Shown here: in pieces, positions 40,782-50,673 of the stretch
How positions within the stretch are numbered: position 1 is the stretch's first letter
Layout: each line of letters opens with the position of its first letter
Origin: an uncultured Planctomycetaceae bacterium
Lineage (GTDB): Bacteria > Planctomycetota > Planctomycetia > Pirellulales > UBA1268
Length of the DNA stretch: 55,580 nt
Reading direction: 5' to 3'
NCBI GenBank assembly: GCA_903919035.1
Contig: CAIXGY010000108.1
Span: 1-55,580 of the forward strand
Program-made: the position numbers and the translations under genes
Notes under the pieces: generated by a model
The model's input: only the letters and a program-made list of their open reading frames with translations
What the model was told of the DNA's origin: nothing
Database searches by the model: none

Positions 40782-42571
40782 TCAGCGGATCGGAGTCGCG
40801 GCCGCCGTGCCGGCCAGCGGCGGCTGGGCCGCCGGGGCGTCGGGCTTCACGGCCCGCGTCCAGTCGGCCAGCGTCGCCACCTGCTGGTTCACGGAGGGCG
40901 TCACGTAGTTGAAGATCGTCTGCGGCGCCACGCCGAAGAGGATCGCGAGAAACACCAGCGGCGTCGCGATCGCAAGTTCACGACCGGTAATCGGCGTCAG
41001 GTGATCGCCGTGCGGCCCCTTGTATTCGGCCCCCAGGTACACCCGCTGGATGGCCCAGAGGATGTAGGCGGCCGTGAGGATCACCGTGAACGCAGAGACG
41101 ACGGCCAGCACGCGGCTGTAGTTCCATGCGGACAGGGTCACGAGCACCTCGCCGATGAAACCGCACAGGCCCGGCAGCCCGAGGCCGGCGAAGAACACCG
41201 CAACCGCGAGCCCCGAGTAGACGGGCATGCGGTTGAAGATGCCGCCGAATTCCTCCAGGTTGCGGTGGTGCACGCGGTCGTAGAGCACGCCGACCATGAA
41301 GAACATGCCGGCCGACGAGATGCCGTGGGCCAGCATTTGGAACATGGCGCCGTTCACGCCCTGGGCCCAGAAGTCGGGATTGAAACCGTTGGCGGCCACC
41401 GCGCTCCACACGCCGAGGCCGAGCATGACGTAGCCCATGTGGCTCACCGAACTGTAGGCCACCATCCGCTTGAAGTCCTTCTGGGCCAGCGCCGCGAAGG
41501 CACCGTAGACCATCGACACGACGCCCAGGCCGCACACGAGCCAGGCCAACGACAGACCCGCGCCCGGGCAGATCGGATAGCAGATCCGCAAGATGCCGTA
41601 GCCGCCGAGCTTGAGGAGCACGCCGGCGAGAATCATGGAGATCGGCGTGGGGGCCTCGACGTGCGCATCGGGCAGCCAGGTGTGCACCGGCACCACCGGC
41701 ACCTTGATCACGAAGCCGATGAGCAGCAGGAGGAAGGCCCACGTCTCCAGGCTCATGCCCCAGAGGCTCACGGCGGCGAACGGCGACTTCGGCAACTGGC
41801 CGAGCTGGGCCAGTGCCAGCAGGTTGAACGTGTGGAGCGGGCCCTCGTGCCTCTGGATCGCCTCGACCGCCCGGGCGGTGCCGGCCTCACCGAGCCCGGG
41901 GGCGATCACGTGCGCCGCTTGCAACTGGCTCGGCGAAAGCTGCTTGAGGTCGCTCGTGAAGTAGAGCATCAGGATCGCGATCAGCATGAGCACGCTGCCG
42001 AGCAGCGTGTAGAGGAAGAACTTGATCGCGGCGTACTCGCGGCGCGGCCCGCCCCAGATGCCAATGAGGAAGTACATCGGCAGGAGCATGACCTCCCAGA
42101 ACACGTAGAACAGGAAGAAGTCGAGCGACACGAACACTCCGAGCATCCCCGTCTCCAGGAGCAGGAACAGCACGTGGTAGGCCTTCACGTGCTTCGTGAT
42201 GGGCCAGCTGGCCGCTGCGGCCACATCGACAGGAACGTGGTCAGCACCACCAGCGGCATGCTGATGCCGTCCACCCCCAGCAAATATTCGATCCCGAAGG
42301 CCGGAATCCAGGGCCGCTGCACGACGCACTGCATACCCGCGTCACCGACGATGAACTGGCCCGGACCGGCGGCGCCAAACAAGGTCGGCCAGGCCATCCA
42401 GAGCGAGAGCACGAACACCACGGCCGTGGTCGCCAGCGTGATCCAGCGAACGGCCTCCTCGCGGGCCTTGGGAATGATCGGCAGCGACAACACGGCTGCC
42501 ACAAGGGCCGGCAGGAAGACGAGCAGCGTGAGTGGCCAGAAGGCGGGCTGGGCGAGCGTGTCGGCGGTCAT
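40782..42571 (-). pseudogene. nuoM: NADH-quinone oxidoreductase subunit M, split by a 1-bp frameshift near 42223 (probable sequence error)
   Basis: N-part MTADTL...YLLGVDGISMPLVVLTTFLSM in one frame; continuation AAAASWPITKH...FWEVMLLPMYFLI...HTWLPDAHVEAPT in another; one inserted base restores LSM(L/V)AAAASWPI. Confidence 0.85.
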
Positions 42572-42627
42572 GACGTGATCCGTGTGGCAGTGGAGGCGGT
42601 TGCGGGGCGGGTGCGAAAAAACCGGGG

Positions 42628-44895
42628 CTACCCGGCGTGCGAGACCCTCATGAACAGGCTCGCGAGCACGAACAGGGCCACGGTGGCCAGGGCGATGAAG
42701 ACGACGTATTGCCGGAGTCGGCCGGTCTGCAGCCGCTTGAGGGCGATGCCGGCGTTCCATGTGGCATTGGCCGTGGCATTCACGAGCCCGTCCACGAGCG
42801 TGCGGTCGATCCACGCGTCGATGCCGGCGAGCCCGCGGGCCGTCCAGGCGAGGCCGTCGATGATCCGGTCGATGATGCCCCGGTCGGCACCGCTGGCGAG
42901 CTGCGCGATCCCGAGCGCGGGCACCACGAAGATCGCCTTGTAGAGCTCGTCGAAGTACCAGCGGCCGGCGAGGAACGCGTACACCGGACGGAAGATGGTG
43001 GCCACGACGTCCGGCGACACGAGCCGCCAGAGATACATGACCGCCGCGAGGGCGACACCCGCCAACGCCGTGCCGAACGCCGTCCAGGTCGCGGCCCGAT
43101 GGATCGCCTCGGCGTGGCTCAGGTGCTCGGCCGGATACGTGAGCGTCTGCCCGAAGGCGAATCCGCCCGTCAGCCCCTCGGCGGTGCCGGCGGGGCGGGC
43201 CTGCTCGAGCAGATTCGCAATCCCGAAGGTGCCGATCGTCCACCCGGCGGCGACCGCCAGCACCGACAGCACGACGAGCGGGGCCACCATCACCGTCGGC
43301 GATTCGTGGGCGTGTTCGTGGACGTGATGGTCGCGGGGCTCACCGGCGAACGTCATGAACCAGAGCCGGAACATGTAGAAGGCCGTGAGGGCGGCACCAC
43401 CGGCGACGGCGTAGAAGAGGACGGAGTGCCGCGGATTGGCCTGGGCGAAGGAGAGCGCCTGGGCGAGGATCGAATCCTTCGAGTAGTAGCCCGACAGGCC
43501 GATCACGAAGGGAATGCCCGCGCCGATGATCGCGAGGCACCCGACGAGCATCGTGTAGGCCGTCCACGGCATGACCCTGGCGAGGCCGCCCATCTTCCGC
43601 ATGTCATTCGTGTGACAGGCATGGATCACCGACCCCGAGCAGAGGAAGAGCAGGCTCTTGAAGAAGGCATGGGTGACGAGGTGAAAAAGACCCGCCACCC
43701 AGCCGCCGACGCCGAGGGCGAGCATCATGTAGCCGAGCTGGCTGACCGTCGAGTAGGCGAGCACCCGCTTGATGTCATTCGCAACGAGGGCGATCGTGGC
43801 CGCGATGAAGAGCGTGATCGCGCCGGTGTAGGCGATCACAAGCAGCACGTCAGGGGAGAGCACGGGAAAGAACCGCCCCACCAGGTAGACGCCCGCGGCC
43901 ACCATCGTGGCCGAGTGCACGAGCGCGGAGACCGGTGTCGGCCCCTCCATCGCATCCGGGAGCCAGACGAACAACGGAAACTGGGCGCTCTTCCCCACGC
44001 AGCCGCAGAAGATGCCGACGCCGGCGATAAAAAGCAGCCAGTTGGTCATGCTCGCGGGAACCACGAGCGCGTGGTCCGGTGCGGGACGCACGGCGGCGAA
44101 CATGTCGGTGAATTGCAGCGTGCCGAGGGCTCCCCACAGGGCCATCAGGCCGATGAGCATCCCGAAGTCGCCGACGCGATTGACGATGAACGCCTTGTTG
44201 GCGGCGTTCGAGGCGCTCTTCCGCTCGTAATAGAAGCCGATGAGAAACCAGGAACAGATGCCGACGAGTTCCCAGAACACGAACACCATCGCGAGGTTGC
44301 CCGCGATCACGATGCCGAACATCGAGAAGCAGAACAGCGACAGGGCCTGGAAGAATCGCGGAAACCGGCCGGGACGGTGGAGATGACCGCCGGTGGAGAG
44401 GTGAACCTCATGGTCGGTCACGTCGTGGAGCTCGTCGTGCATGTAGCCCGACGCGTAGACGTGGATGCAGGTCGCGATGAACGCCACCACCACGAACATG
44501 AGCACGGTCAGGGAGTCGATGTACCAGCCGATGGACAGCTTCAGCTTTCCGCCCTGATAGAGCGTGTACCAGTCGCCGGAGTAGGCCGGCGGGGCGTCCG
44601 CGGCGTGCCCATGGTGGCCCGCCGCATGGCCGCCGTGCTCGTCCTGCCCGGCAGCGGCATGGGCGTCGCCGTGGTGCCCGTGGGCCGGGGCCGTCACGGG
44701 GTGCACGGCGAGCCACGTTCCCGCAGCCATGAGCGAGAGCATCAGCGACGTCACGATGGCCGCGGTCGCCACCCAGGCGGCATTCTTCCCGTGCTTGCCC
44801 ATCCGCGGGCCGAAGAACAGGATGGCCACGAACGACGCGAGCGGCACGAGCCACGCAAGCCCGAGGAGCAGCGGCAGGCGGACGGCGGGATCCAT
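42628..44895 (-). CDS. nuoL: NADH-quinone oxidoreductase subunit L
   Basis: WELVGICS..LIGFY, NRVGD, GKSAQFPL..WLPDAMEGPTPVSALVHSATMV, THAFFKSLLFL. Confidence 0.96.
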   Translation of the reverse strand: MDPAVRLPLLLGLAWLVPLASFVAILFFGPRMGKHGKNAAWVATAAIVTSLMLSLMAAGTWLAVHPVTAPAHGHHGDAHAAAGQDEHGGHAAGHHGHAADAPPAYSGDWYTLYQGGKLKLSIGWYIDSLTVLMFVVVAFIATCIHVYASGYMHDELHDVTDHEVHLSTGGHLHRPGRFPRFFQALSLFCFSMFGIVIAGNLAMVFVFWELVGICSWFLIGFYYERKSASNAANKAFIVNRVGDFGMLIGLMALWGALGTLQFTDMFAAVRPAPDHALVVPASMTNWLLFIAGVGIFCGCVGKSAQFPLFVWLPDAMEGPTPVSALVHSATMVAAGVYLVGRFFPVLSPDVLLVIAYTGAITLFIAATIALVANDIKRVLAYSTVSQLGYMMLALGVGGWVAGLFHLVTHAFFKSLLFLCSGSVIHACHTNDMRKMGGLARVMPWTAYTMLVGCLAIIGAGIPFVIGLSGYYSKDSILAQALSFAQANPRHSVLFYAVAGGAALTAFYMFRLWFMTFAGEPRDHHVHEHAHESPTVMVAPLVVLSVLAVAAGWTIGTFGIANLLEQARPAGTAEGLTGGFAFGQTLTYPAEHLSHAEAIHRAATWTAFGTALAGVALAAVMYLWRLVSPDVVATIFRPVYAFLAGRWYFDELYKAIFVVPALGIAQLASGADRGIIDRIIDGLAWTARGLAGIDAWIDRTLVDGLVNATANATWNAGIALKRLQTGRLRQYVVFIALATVALFVLASLFMRVSHAG

Positions 44896-44903
44896 GTGGT
44901 GCG

Positions 44904-45272
44904 TCAGCCCTTCAGGTCGTCGGCGCGGTCGACGTCGACCGTCGCGTGGTTGTTGTAGAAGTTAAGCGTGATGGCCAACGCCACCGCGGCCTCGGCCGCC
45001 GCGAGCAGGATCACGAACAGGGCGATGATCTGCCCGTCGAGCCCCAGCGACCGCGCCCCGTCGGCCTGCAGATAGGGAGACGCGAAGGCCACGAAGTTGA
45101 CGTTGGCCCCGTTGAGCACGAGTTCGATCCCCATGAGCACGCCCAGGGCGTTCCGCTTCACCGCCATGCACGCCACACCGGCCACGAACAGGACCGCGCC
45201 CACGACGAGATAGTGGGCCACGCTCACGGGGCCGACGAGGGTTGCCAGCGGCAGGACGGTAAGCCCGGTCAT
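44904..45272 (-). CDS. nuoK: NADH-quinone oxidoreductase subunit K
   Basis: LMGIELVLNGANVNFVAF, AAAEAAVALA. Confidence 0.94.
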   Translation of the reverse strand: MTGLTVLPLATLVGPVSVAHYLVVGAVLFVAGVACMAVKRNALGVLMGIELVLNGANVNFVAFASPYLQADGARSLGLDGQIIALFVILLAAAEAAVALAITLNFYNNHATVDVDRADDLKG

Positions 45273-45964
45273 ACGGAACCTCCCGTGAGCACCGAGGCCG
45301 CACGCCCCGCGCTGCGGCCGATCGCGGCGTGTTCCGCGACCGCAGTCGGGGGCTCGGCCGACGCCGCAACCTCGATCGCCCGCGGCGTCTTCCGCCGCTT
45401 GGCCCGGGCGAGGTAGGCCGCGCCGACGAGCACGACGAGCAGGTGGACCGACACGATCTCGAAAGGCAGGAGGTAGCCGCTCCTCACCGCCGCCGCGGGC
45501 GCGTTGGCGGGCGGCGCATCCACCCGGACGCCGACCAGCGCCATCCCGATCGGCGTGGCGGCCGGCTCGGTGAGCCGGTGCGACCCGGGCTGTCGCCAGG
45601 CCTCGACCGACAGACCCGCCGTCACGAGCAAACCGAACAGCCCGAGGCCCACGATCGTCGCCAGGGCCCGGTCACCGGCCGTCGTCTTGATCGACACGAA
45701 GGGCGCCTGGGCCGTGAGCATCACGCCGAACACGAGCAAGACGAGCGTGCCGCCGACGTAAATCATGAGTTGCATCGCGCCCACGAACTCGGCGCCCGCC
45801 AGGAAAAACAGGCCGGCCGTCGCCCCGAGCGAGAGCACGAGGTAGAGCGCCATCCGCACGACGTTGTCGGCCGCCACGACGGCGATCGCTCCGCCACACG
45901 CGACGGCCGCAAACAGGAGGAAAAAGACGGCGTGCCAGTCGATGGCGGCGAGCGTCGGAATCAT
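45269..45964 (-). CDS. nuoJ: NADH-quinone oxidoreductase subunit J
   Basis: GAEFVGAMQLMIYVGG..VL..FGVML, YLLPFEIVSVHLLV; ATGA overlaps with nuoH and nuoK. Confidence 0.93.
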   Translation of the reverse strand: MIPTLAAIDWHAVFFLLFAAVACGGAIAVVAADNVVRMALYLVLSLGATAGLFFLAGAEFVGAMQLMIYVGGTLVLLVFGVMLTAQAPFVSIKTTAGDRALATIVGLGLFGLLVTAGLSVEAWRQPGSHRLTEPAATPIGMALVGVRVDAPPANAPAAAVRSGYLLPFEIVSVHLLVVLVGAAYLARAKRRKTPRAIEVAASAEPPTAVAEHAAIGRSAGRAASVLTGGSV

Positions 45965-47175
45965 GGAGCCACCCGTGCCACGGCTGCGGGTTCGTCGGTC
46001 GCCTGAGCTGGGGCTGCCGCGGCCTTGCCGCCCGGGCCCTCGAGCCAGCCCTCCCGGATCTCGCCGGCGGGCCGCGAGAGGCCGGCCACCAGTCCGCCCG
46101 GCAGCGCCACCTGCCAAAGCATCGCACCGGCGAACATCGCCGCGGCGATCGGCGTGCAGTACTTGAGGCAGGTCGACATCACCTGGTCGATGCGGAGCCG
46201 CGGCAGCGTCCAGCGGATCCACATCATCACGAGCACGCCGAGCGTAGCCTTGCCGAGCAGGTTTGCGAGCCCCAAGAGCCTGACCAGGTAGTGGGCCGTG
46301 TCGCCGGTGCCCTCGGACAGCCCCGCGAGCGTCGCCACCGGAATCGGGCCGTTCCAGCCGCCGAGGAAGAGCACGGCCGCCATCGCACTCACGAGGAACA
46401 TCGAACCGTACTCGGCCATGAAGAAGTAGCTCCACCGCAGGCCGGAATACTCGGTGTGGAAGCCGGCGACGAGTTCGCTCTCCGCTTCGGCAAGGTCGAA
46501 GGGAGCCCGATTCACGCTCGCCACCGCGCAGGTGACGTAGACCCAGAAGATCACGAACGTGAAGGGGTCGTGAAACAGGTACCAGCTCCAGAACCAGCCC
46601 GCCTGTTTCTCGGCGATCGTCACCATGTCCATGGTGCCGGCGAGCATGACCGGCACCACCACGCACATGCCCAGCGGAACCTCGTAGCTCACGACCTGTG
46701 CCGCCTCGCGCATCGCCCCGAAGAGCGACCACTTCGATGCCGACGCGTAGCCTGCCAGGATGACGCCGAAGACCTCGAGACCGAGCACGGCCACCACGAA
46801 AAACACGGCCACGTTGAGCCGCTGGCCCACGACGTCAAATGCGAACGGCAGGCAGATGAACGCGCAGAACGACGCGCAGAAGCTGACGTAGGGAGCGAGC
46901 CGGAAGAGCAGGCCGTCGGCCCCGTCCGGCATCAGATCTTCCTTGGCCAGCAGTTTGATGCCGTCGGCCACCGACTGGAGCCAGCCGAACCGGCCACCGG
47001 TTCGCGTCGGCCCGAGGCGATCCTGGATGCGTCCCGCGATTTTTCGCTCGGCCCAGATGAAGACGAGCGCCCCGCCGGCGATCACATTGAGGATCAGCAC
47101 AGCGGACACGACGGCCGCGACCGTCCACGCCAGCCAGAACGGGAAACGCGCCGTGTTGAACAGGAATTCGACCAT
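45961..47175 (-). CDS. nuoH: NADH-quinone oxidoreductase subunit H
   Basis: ERKIAGRIQDRLGP, ADGIKLLAKE, NRAPFDLAEAESELVAGFHTEYSG, LPRLRIDQ. Confidence 0.96.
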   Translation of the reverse strand: MVEFLFNTARFPFWLAWTVAAVVSAVLILNVIAGGALVFIWAERKIAGRIQDRLGPTRTGGRFGWLQSVADGIKLLAKEDLMPDGADGLLFRLAPYVSFCASFCAFICLPFAFDVVGQRLNVAVFFVVAVLGLEVFGVILAGYASASKWSLFGAMREAAQVVSYEVPLGMCVVVPVMLAGTMDMVTIAEKQAGWFWSWYLFHDPFTFVIFWVYVTCAVASVNRAPFDLAEAESELVAGFHTEYSGLRWSYFFMAEYGSMFLVSAMAAVLFLGGWNGPIPVATLAGLSEGTGDTAHYLVRLLGLANLLGKATLGVLVMMWIRWTLPRLRIDQVMSTCLKYCTPIAAAMFAGAMLWQVALPGGLVAGLSRPAGEIREGWLEGPGGKAAAAPAQATDEPAAVARVAP

Positions 47176-47239
47176 CGTGTTCGACCGTGCCGCGGCGTCC
47201 AAAGTCGCCCGAACCCGCGGATTTCCCGGGCGTTGGCGG

Positions 47240-47263
47240 ACTTCGTGAAAAATCGCACGAAGT
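47240..47263. promoter_or_regulatory. Palindromic operator-like site upstream of nuoH (Rex-like geometry)
   Basis: ACTTCGTG-AAAAATCG-CACGAAGT: 8-bp perfect arms, GTG-N8-CAC core with AT-rich spacer. Confidence 0.4.
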
Positions 47264-47330
47264 TTGCCTTACCCCGCCCCTTTCCACAAGTGCCGGCAGG
47301 CGATCGGCGATTTTTCCGCGCTCACAGTGA

Positions 47331-47462
47331 GGGGTTGCCCGTACCGTCGAGCCGGCATGGGTGACCAGCGTAGCCCGGAGGGCGAAGGGCAGGCACCTTC
47401 GAGTGAGCGGAGGGCATGGATGCCCGCAGCGATCGTCCGTGCGAGATGGTACGGGCAACCCC
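47331..47462 (+). repeat. Structured intergenic repeat, family A copy 2
   Basis: 15-bp perfect terminal IR GGGGTTGCCCGTACC/GGTACGGGCAACCCC; internal GGGCATGGATGCCC hairpin (47412-47425); aligns with 28675-28801. Confidence 0.78.
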
Positions 47463-47557
47463 GGCCGGCCAACGGGCCGCTGACCACTCAAGCGATGCGC
47501 GGCTCGCCCGGACGGCAAGCCGGCGGGCGCCCCGCACCTTGACTGTGCCCCGCCCGC

Positions 47558-47599
47558 CTTCAGCTCGCGAAGGCCAGGGATGGCTTCGCGAGCGTGAAG
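47558..47599 (+). repeat. Long hairpin with CAGGGATG loop abutting the nuoD stop
   Basis: CTTCA-GCTCGCGAAG-GCCA-GGGA-TGGC-TTCGCGAGC-G-TGAAG. Confidence 0.65.
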
Positions 47600-48805
47600 T
47601 CAGCGATCGATCTCACCCATCACGATGTCGAGCGACCCCACGATCGCGGGCACGTCGGCGATCAGGCAGCCCTTGCAGAGCTCGGGGGCCACCGACAGGT
47701 TCGAGAACGAACTCGACCGGGCCCGCGCCCGCCACGGGATCGCCGCGCCGTCGCTGACGACATAGAAACCCATCTGCCCCTTCGGGGCCTCCGTCTCCAG
47801 GTAGGCGTCGCCCGCCGGCATCTTCTCGGTGAGTTTGAGCGGCTCGCCGATCGTGCCCTTGGCGGATGCGTAACGGTCGATCGACTGCCGCACGAGATCC
47901 ATCGATTGCACCACCTCCAGCATCCGCACGAAGAACCGGTGCCAGCAGTCGCCGAGCACCGCGTCGGCGGGCACCGGTGGATACTCGTGGTCGCGGGGGT
48001 AGTGGCCGTCCTTCATGACGGCCACCTCGAAGGCGTAGCCGTCGTACATCGCCGTGTAGATCGCCTCTCCGTCCCGCCGCATGTCCTGGTCGACGCCGCT
48101 GCCACGCAGCACGGGGCCGGAGCAGCCGTAGTCGATCGCCATCTCGCGCGAGAGCACGCCGATGGCGGCCGTGCGCTTCACGAAGATGGCGTTGGTCGTC
48201 AGCAGCGCGTGGTATTCCTTGATGATCGGCTCGAACTGGTCGAGGAACTTCTCGCACTTCGCCAACCAGCCCGGCGGCAGGTCGGCCGTGAGGCCGCCGA
48301 CGGTGATGTAGCTGTAGGTGAGGCGGGCGCCGCAGGCCTCCTCGAAGAGGTCGAGGATCTTCTCCCGCTCACGGAAGGCGTAGAGGAAGGGGCTGAACGT
48401 GCCGAGGTCGAGGCCGTAAGCCCCCATGCCCACGAGGTGGCTGGCGATGCGGCCGAGTTCGCAGATCAGCACGCGGAGGTGACGGGCCTTCTCGCTCACC
48501 TCGTATTTCATCAGCTTCTCGACGGCCAGGGCCCAGCCGAGATTCATGTTCATCGCGGCGAGGTAGTCCATCCGGTCGGTGTAGGGGATGAACTGGCGGT
48601 GGGTGAGGTTCTCGCCGATCTTCTCCGCGCAGCGGTGGAGATAACCGATGTGCGGCTCGATCTCCGAGACGATCTCGCCGTCGGTGCGGAGCACGAGCCG
48701 CAGCACGCCGTGGGTGCTGGGGTGCTGCGGCCCCATGTTGACGAGCATCTCGTCGGTGCGGACGTCGAACTCGATGATCCGCGGGTCGTCGGCGACGGAA
48801 GCCAT
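47600..48805 (-). CDS. nuoD: NADH-quinone oxidoreductase subunit D
   Basis: NMGPQHPSTHGVLRL, IGYLHRCAEK, DRMDYL, EAPKG, GSLDIVMGEIDR. Confidence 0.97.
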   Translation of the reverse strand: MASVADDPRIIEFDVRTDEMLVNMGPQHPSTHGVLRLVLRTDGEIVSEIEPHIGYLHRCAEKIGENLTHRQFIPYTDRMDYLAAMNMNLGWALAVEKLMKYEVSEKARHLRVLICELGRIASHLVGMGAYGLDLGTFSPFLYAFREREKILDLFEEACGARLTYSYITVGGLTADLPPGWLAKCEKFLDQFEPIIKEYHALLTTNAIFVKRTAAIGVLSREMAIDYGCSGPVLRGSGVDQDMRRDGEAIYTAMYDGYAFEVAVMKDGHYPRDHEYPPVPADAVLGDCWHRFFVRMLEVVQSMDLVRQSIDRYASAKGTIGEPLKLTEKMPAGDAYLETEAPKGQMGFYVVSDGAAIPWRARARSSSFSNLSVAPELCKGCLIADVPAIVGSLDIVMGEIDR

Positions 48806-48844
48806 GGTTGGTGTTCCTGAAGATGTACCAGTGTAGTCACATCG

Positions 48845-48936
48845 GGCATCGCAGGATGCGATGCCGGCGATCGAGGGAACACTCGGCGTTCCCTCCGATC
48901 GCCCACGCAGGAGAAGGCATGGAGGACTTTTCCTGC
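48845..48936 (+). repeat. Structured intergenic repeat, family B copy 1 (three hairpins, two GGA loops)
   Basis: GGCATCGCA-GGA-TGCGATGCC; GGCGATCGAGGGAAC-ACTCGGC-GTTCCCTCCGATCGCC; GCAGGAGAAG-GCATGGAGGA-CTTTTCCTGC (contains a G.U pair that works only on the + strand). Confidence 0.75.
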
Positions 48937-48942
48937 ATGAAC

Positions 48943-49473
48943 CTAGCGACCGCGGATGCCGTGGTATTCGAGCGGCATCTCGTAGTCCTTGCGCAGCGGA
49001 TGGCCCTCCCAGTCTTCCGGGCAGAGGATGCGGCGGAGGTCGGGATGGCCGGTGAACAAGACACCGGAGAGATCGTAGACCTCGCGCTCGTGCCAGTCTG
49101 CCGACCGCCACACTCCGGTCACGCTCGGGATCTCCGGAATCTGGCCGGGCACGTCCCCCTTCCACCTCGGCAGCGAGCACTTGAGCACGAGGCTCACCCG
49201 CGAGCCCGTGCTCCACAGGTGGTAGACCATCTCCAAGTGCGGCTGCCACGCAACTTTTGCGGCCTTCTTGGGATCGGGCTCGAACCAGTCGATGGCGGTG
49301 ATGCACTCGATGGCATCGAACCGCACCGGGCTCTTGTGCTTGAGCCAGCCGCAGACCTCGGCGATCCGCTCTGGAGCCACCTCGACCCATGGGTCGAGGG
49401 CGTCGAGTTTCGTGCCGGTGACGGCGCCCGGAAGGGCGGCTTCGAGCTGTTCTAGGAAGGCTGGGCCGCGCAT
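48943..49473 (-). CDS. nuoC: NADH-quinone oxidoreductase subunit C
   Basis: [40 protein letters not shown]. Confidence 0.95.
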   Translation of the reverse strand: MRGPAFLEQLEAALPGAVTGTKLDALDPWVEVAPERIAEVCGWLKHKSPVRFDAIECITAIDWFEPDPKKAAKVAWQPHLEMVYHLWSTGSRVSLVLKCSLPRWKGDVPGQIPEIPSVTGVWRSADWHEREVYDLSGVLFTGHPDLRRILCPEDWEGHPLRKDYEMPLEYHGIRGR

Positions 49474-49500
49474 GGGTGGATCACTCGGGAGACGAAGGGA

Positions 49501-50124
49501 TCAGGCGGCGCGTTCCGCAGACACGGCCCGCACCCAGTCGAGGTCGCCGCGGTACCACACGTAGGCGAAGCCCACGAGCAACACCGCGAAGAACGCGGCC
49601 ATGTCGGCCACCGCCGTCCAGGCGAGCATCGAACCGGTACGGGCGACGGCCCACGAGCCGAGGGCCTGCGCCTCGGTCTTCTCACCGCGACGGGCGGCGA
49701 TCGCCCGGGCCTCATCGAGTTTCGGCGTCAGATACAGCCCCTGCTGTGCGGGCGCGACCGGATCACGGAGCCCGAGTTCGCGATAGAGGCCGGTGGCAGC
49801 GGGAGTCAGCGTGCCGTCGGCCTGCACGGTCTGCAACGCCGGATCGGTCAGTTGCGTGGCCTTGCCGAACACCGTGGCCCACGGAAAGAAGAGGGCCACT
49901 TCCACGTCGAAGATGATGAACAGCAGTGCGACCACGTAGAACCGCAGGTCGAACTGCACGAAGCTCGAGCCGATGGTCGGCTCGCCACACTCGTAGACCT
50001 CGAGTTTCTCCGTGTTCGGCAGCCGTGGCCGCACGAGCCAGCCGACGAGCAGATTGACGGCCAGAAACGCCCCGCCGACCGCAACGAACAGGGCCACGTA
50101 TCCGGCAATGAGGACGGGATGCAT
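49501..50124 (-). CDS. nuoA: NADH-quinone oxidoreductase subunit A with a long loop insertion
   Basis: K...YECGE, FYVVALLFIIFDVEVALFFPWA, GFAYVWYRGDLDW. Confidence 0.93.
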   Translation of the reverse strand: MHPVLIAGYVALFVAVGGAFLAVNLLVGWLVRPRLPNTEKLEVYECGEPTIGSSFVQFDLRFYVVALLFIIFDVEVALFFPWATVFGKATQLTDPALQTVQADGTLTPAATGLYRELGLRDPVAPAQQGLYLTPKLDEARAIAARRGEKTEAQALGSWAVARTGSMLAWTAVADMAAFFAVLLVGFAYVWYRGDLDWVRAVSAERAA

Positions 50125-50145
50125 GAAAGGCCGTGGGGGCTGACG

Positions 50146-50673
50146 TTACTGGTTGGGACCGCCGTGAACCGGCTCGACGATCACCTTCGAGGCGGCGACC
50201 GCGGTGGGGTTGAGCGTGGAGCGGCCCCAGGCGACCTCCACCGGCAGCCGCGCGAAGTCCACGATGGTTCCGTCGCGGCTGTAGCAGGAGAGGTCGAGCG
50301 TGGAGCCCATGAAGATGCAATCGACGGGGCACGGCTCCACGCACAGGGCGCAGAACATGCACTTCGAGTAGTCGATCGTGAATCCGCTGACGCGAAAGCC
50401 CTTGCCGTTCTCGACCCGTTCCTTGCCGATATAGATGCAGTCCACCGGACAGGCCTTCGAGCACTGGTCGCAGGCGATGCACGTGGTGAGGTCGTAGCGG
50501 TGGAAGCCGCGGTAGCGGGCCGCCACGGGGGCCGGCAGTTCCGGATACTGGAAGTGCTCGGTGAACGTGCGACGCTTCTGGTCGTAGGTGCTGCCAAAGA
50601 CCCGCAGCGTCACTGCCATGCCTTCGAGCACCGTGCGGACGGCCGTGACGAGGTTGCGAAACCACTCTCTCAT
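50146..50673 (-). CDS. nuoI: NADH-quinone oxidoreductase subunit I (2x[4Fe-4S])
   Basis: QYPE, RYRGFH, CIACDQCSKACP, CMFCALCVEPCP. Confidence 0.93.
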   Translation of the reverse strand: MREWFRNLVTAVRTVLEGMAVTLRVFGSTYDQKRRTFTEHFQYPELPAPVAARYRGFHRYDLTTCIACDQCSKACPVDCIYIGKERVENGKGFRVSGFTIDYSKCMFCALCVEPCPVDCIFMGSTLDLSCYSRDGTIVDFARLPVEVAWGRSTLNPTAVAASKVIVEPVHGGPNQ

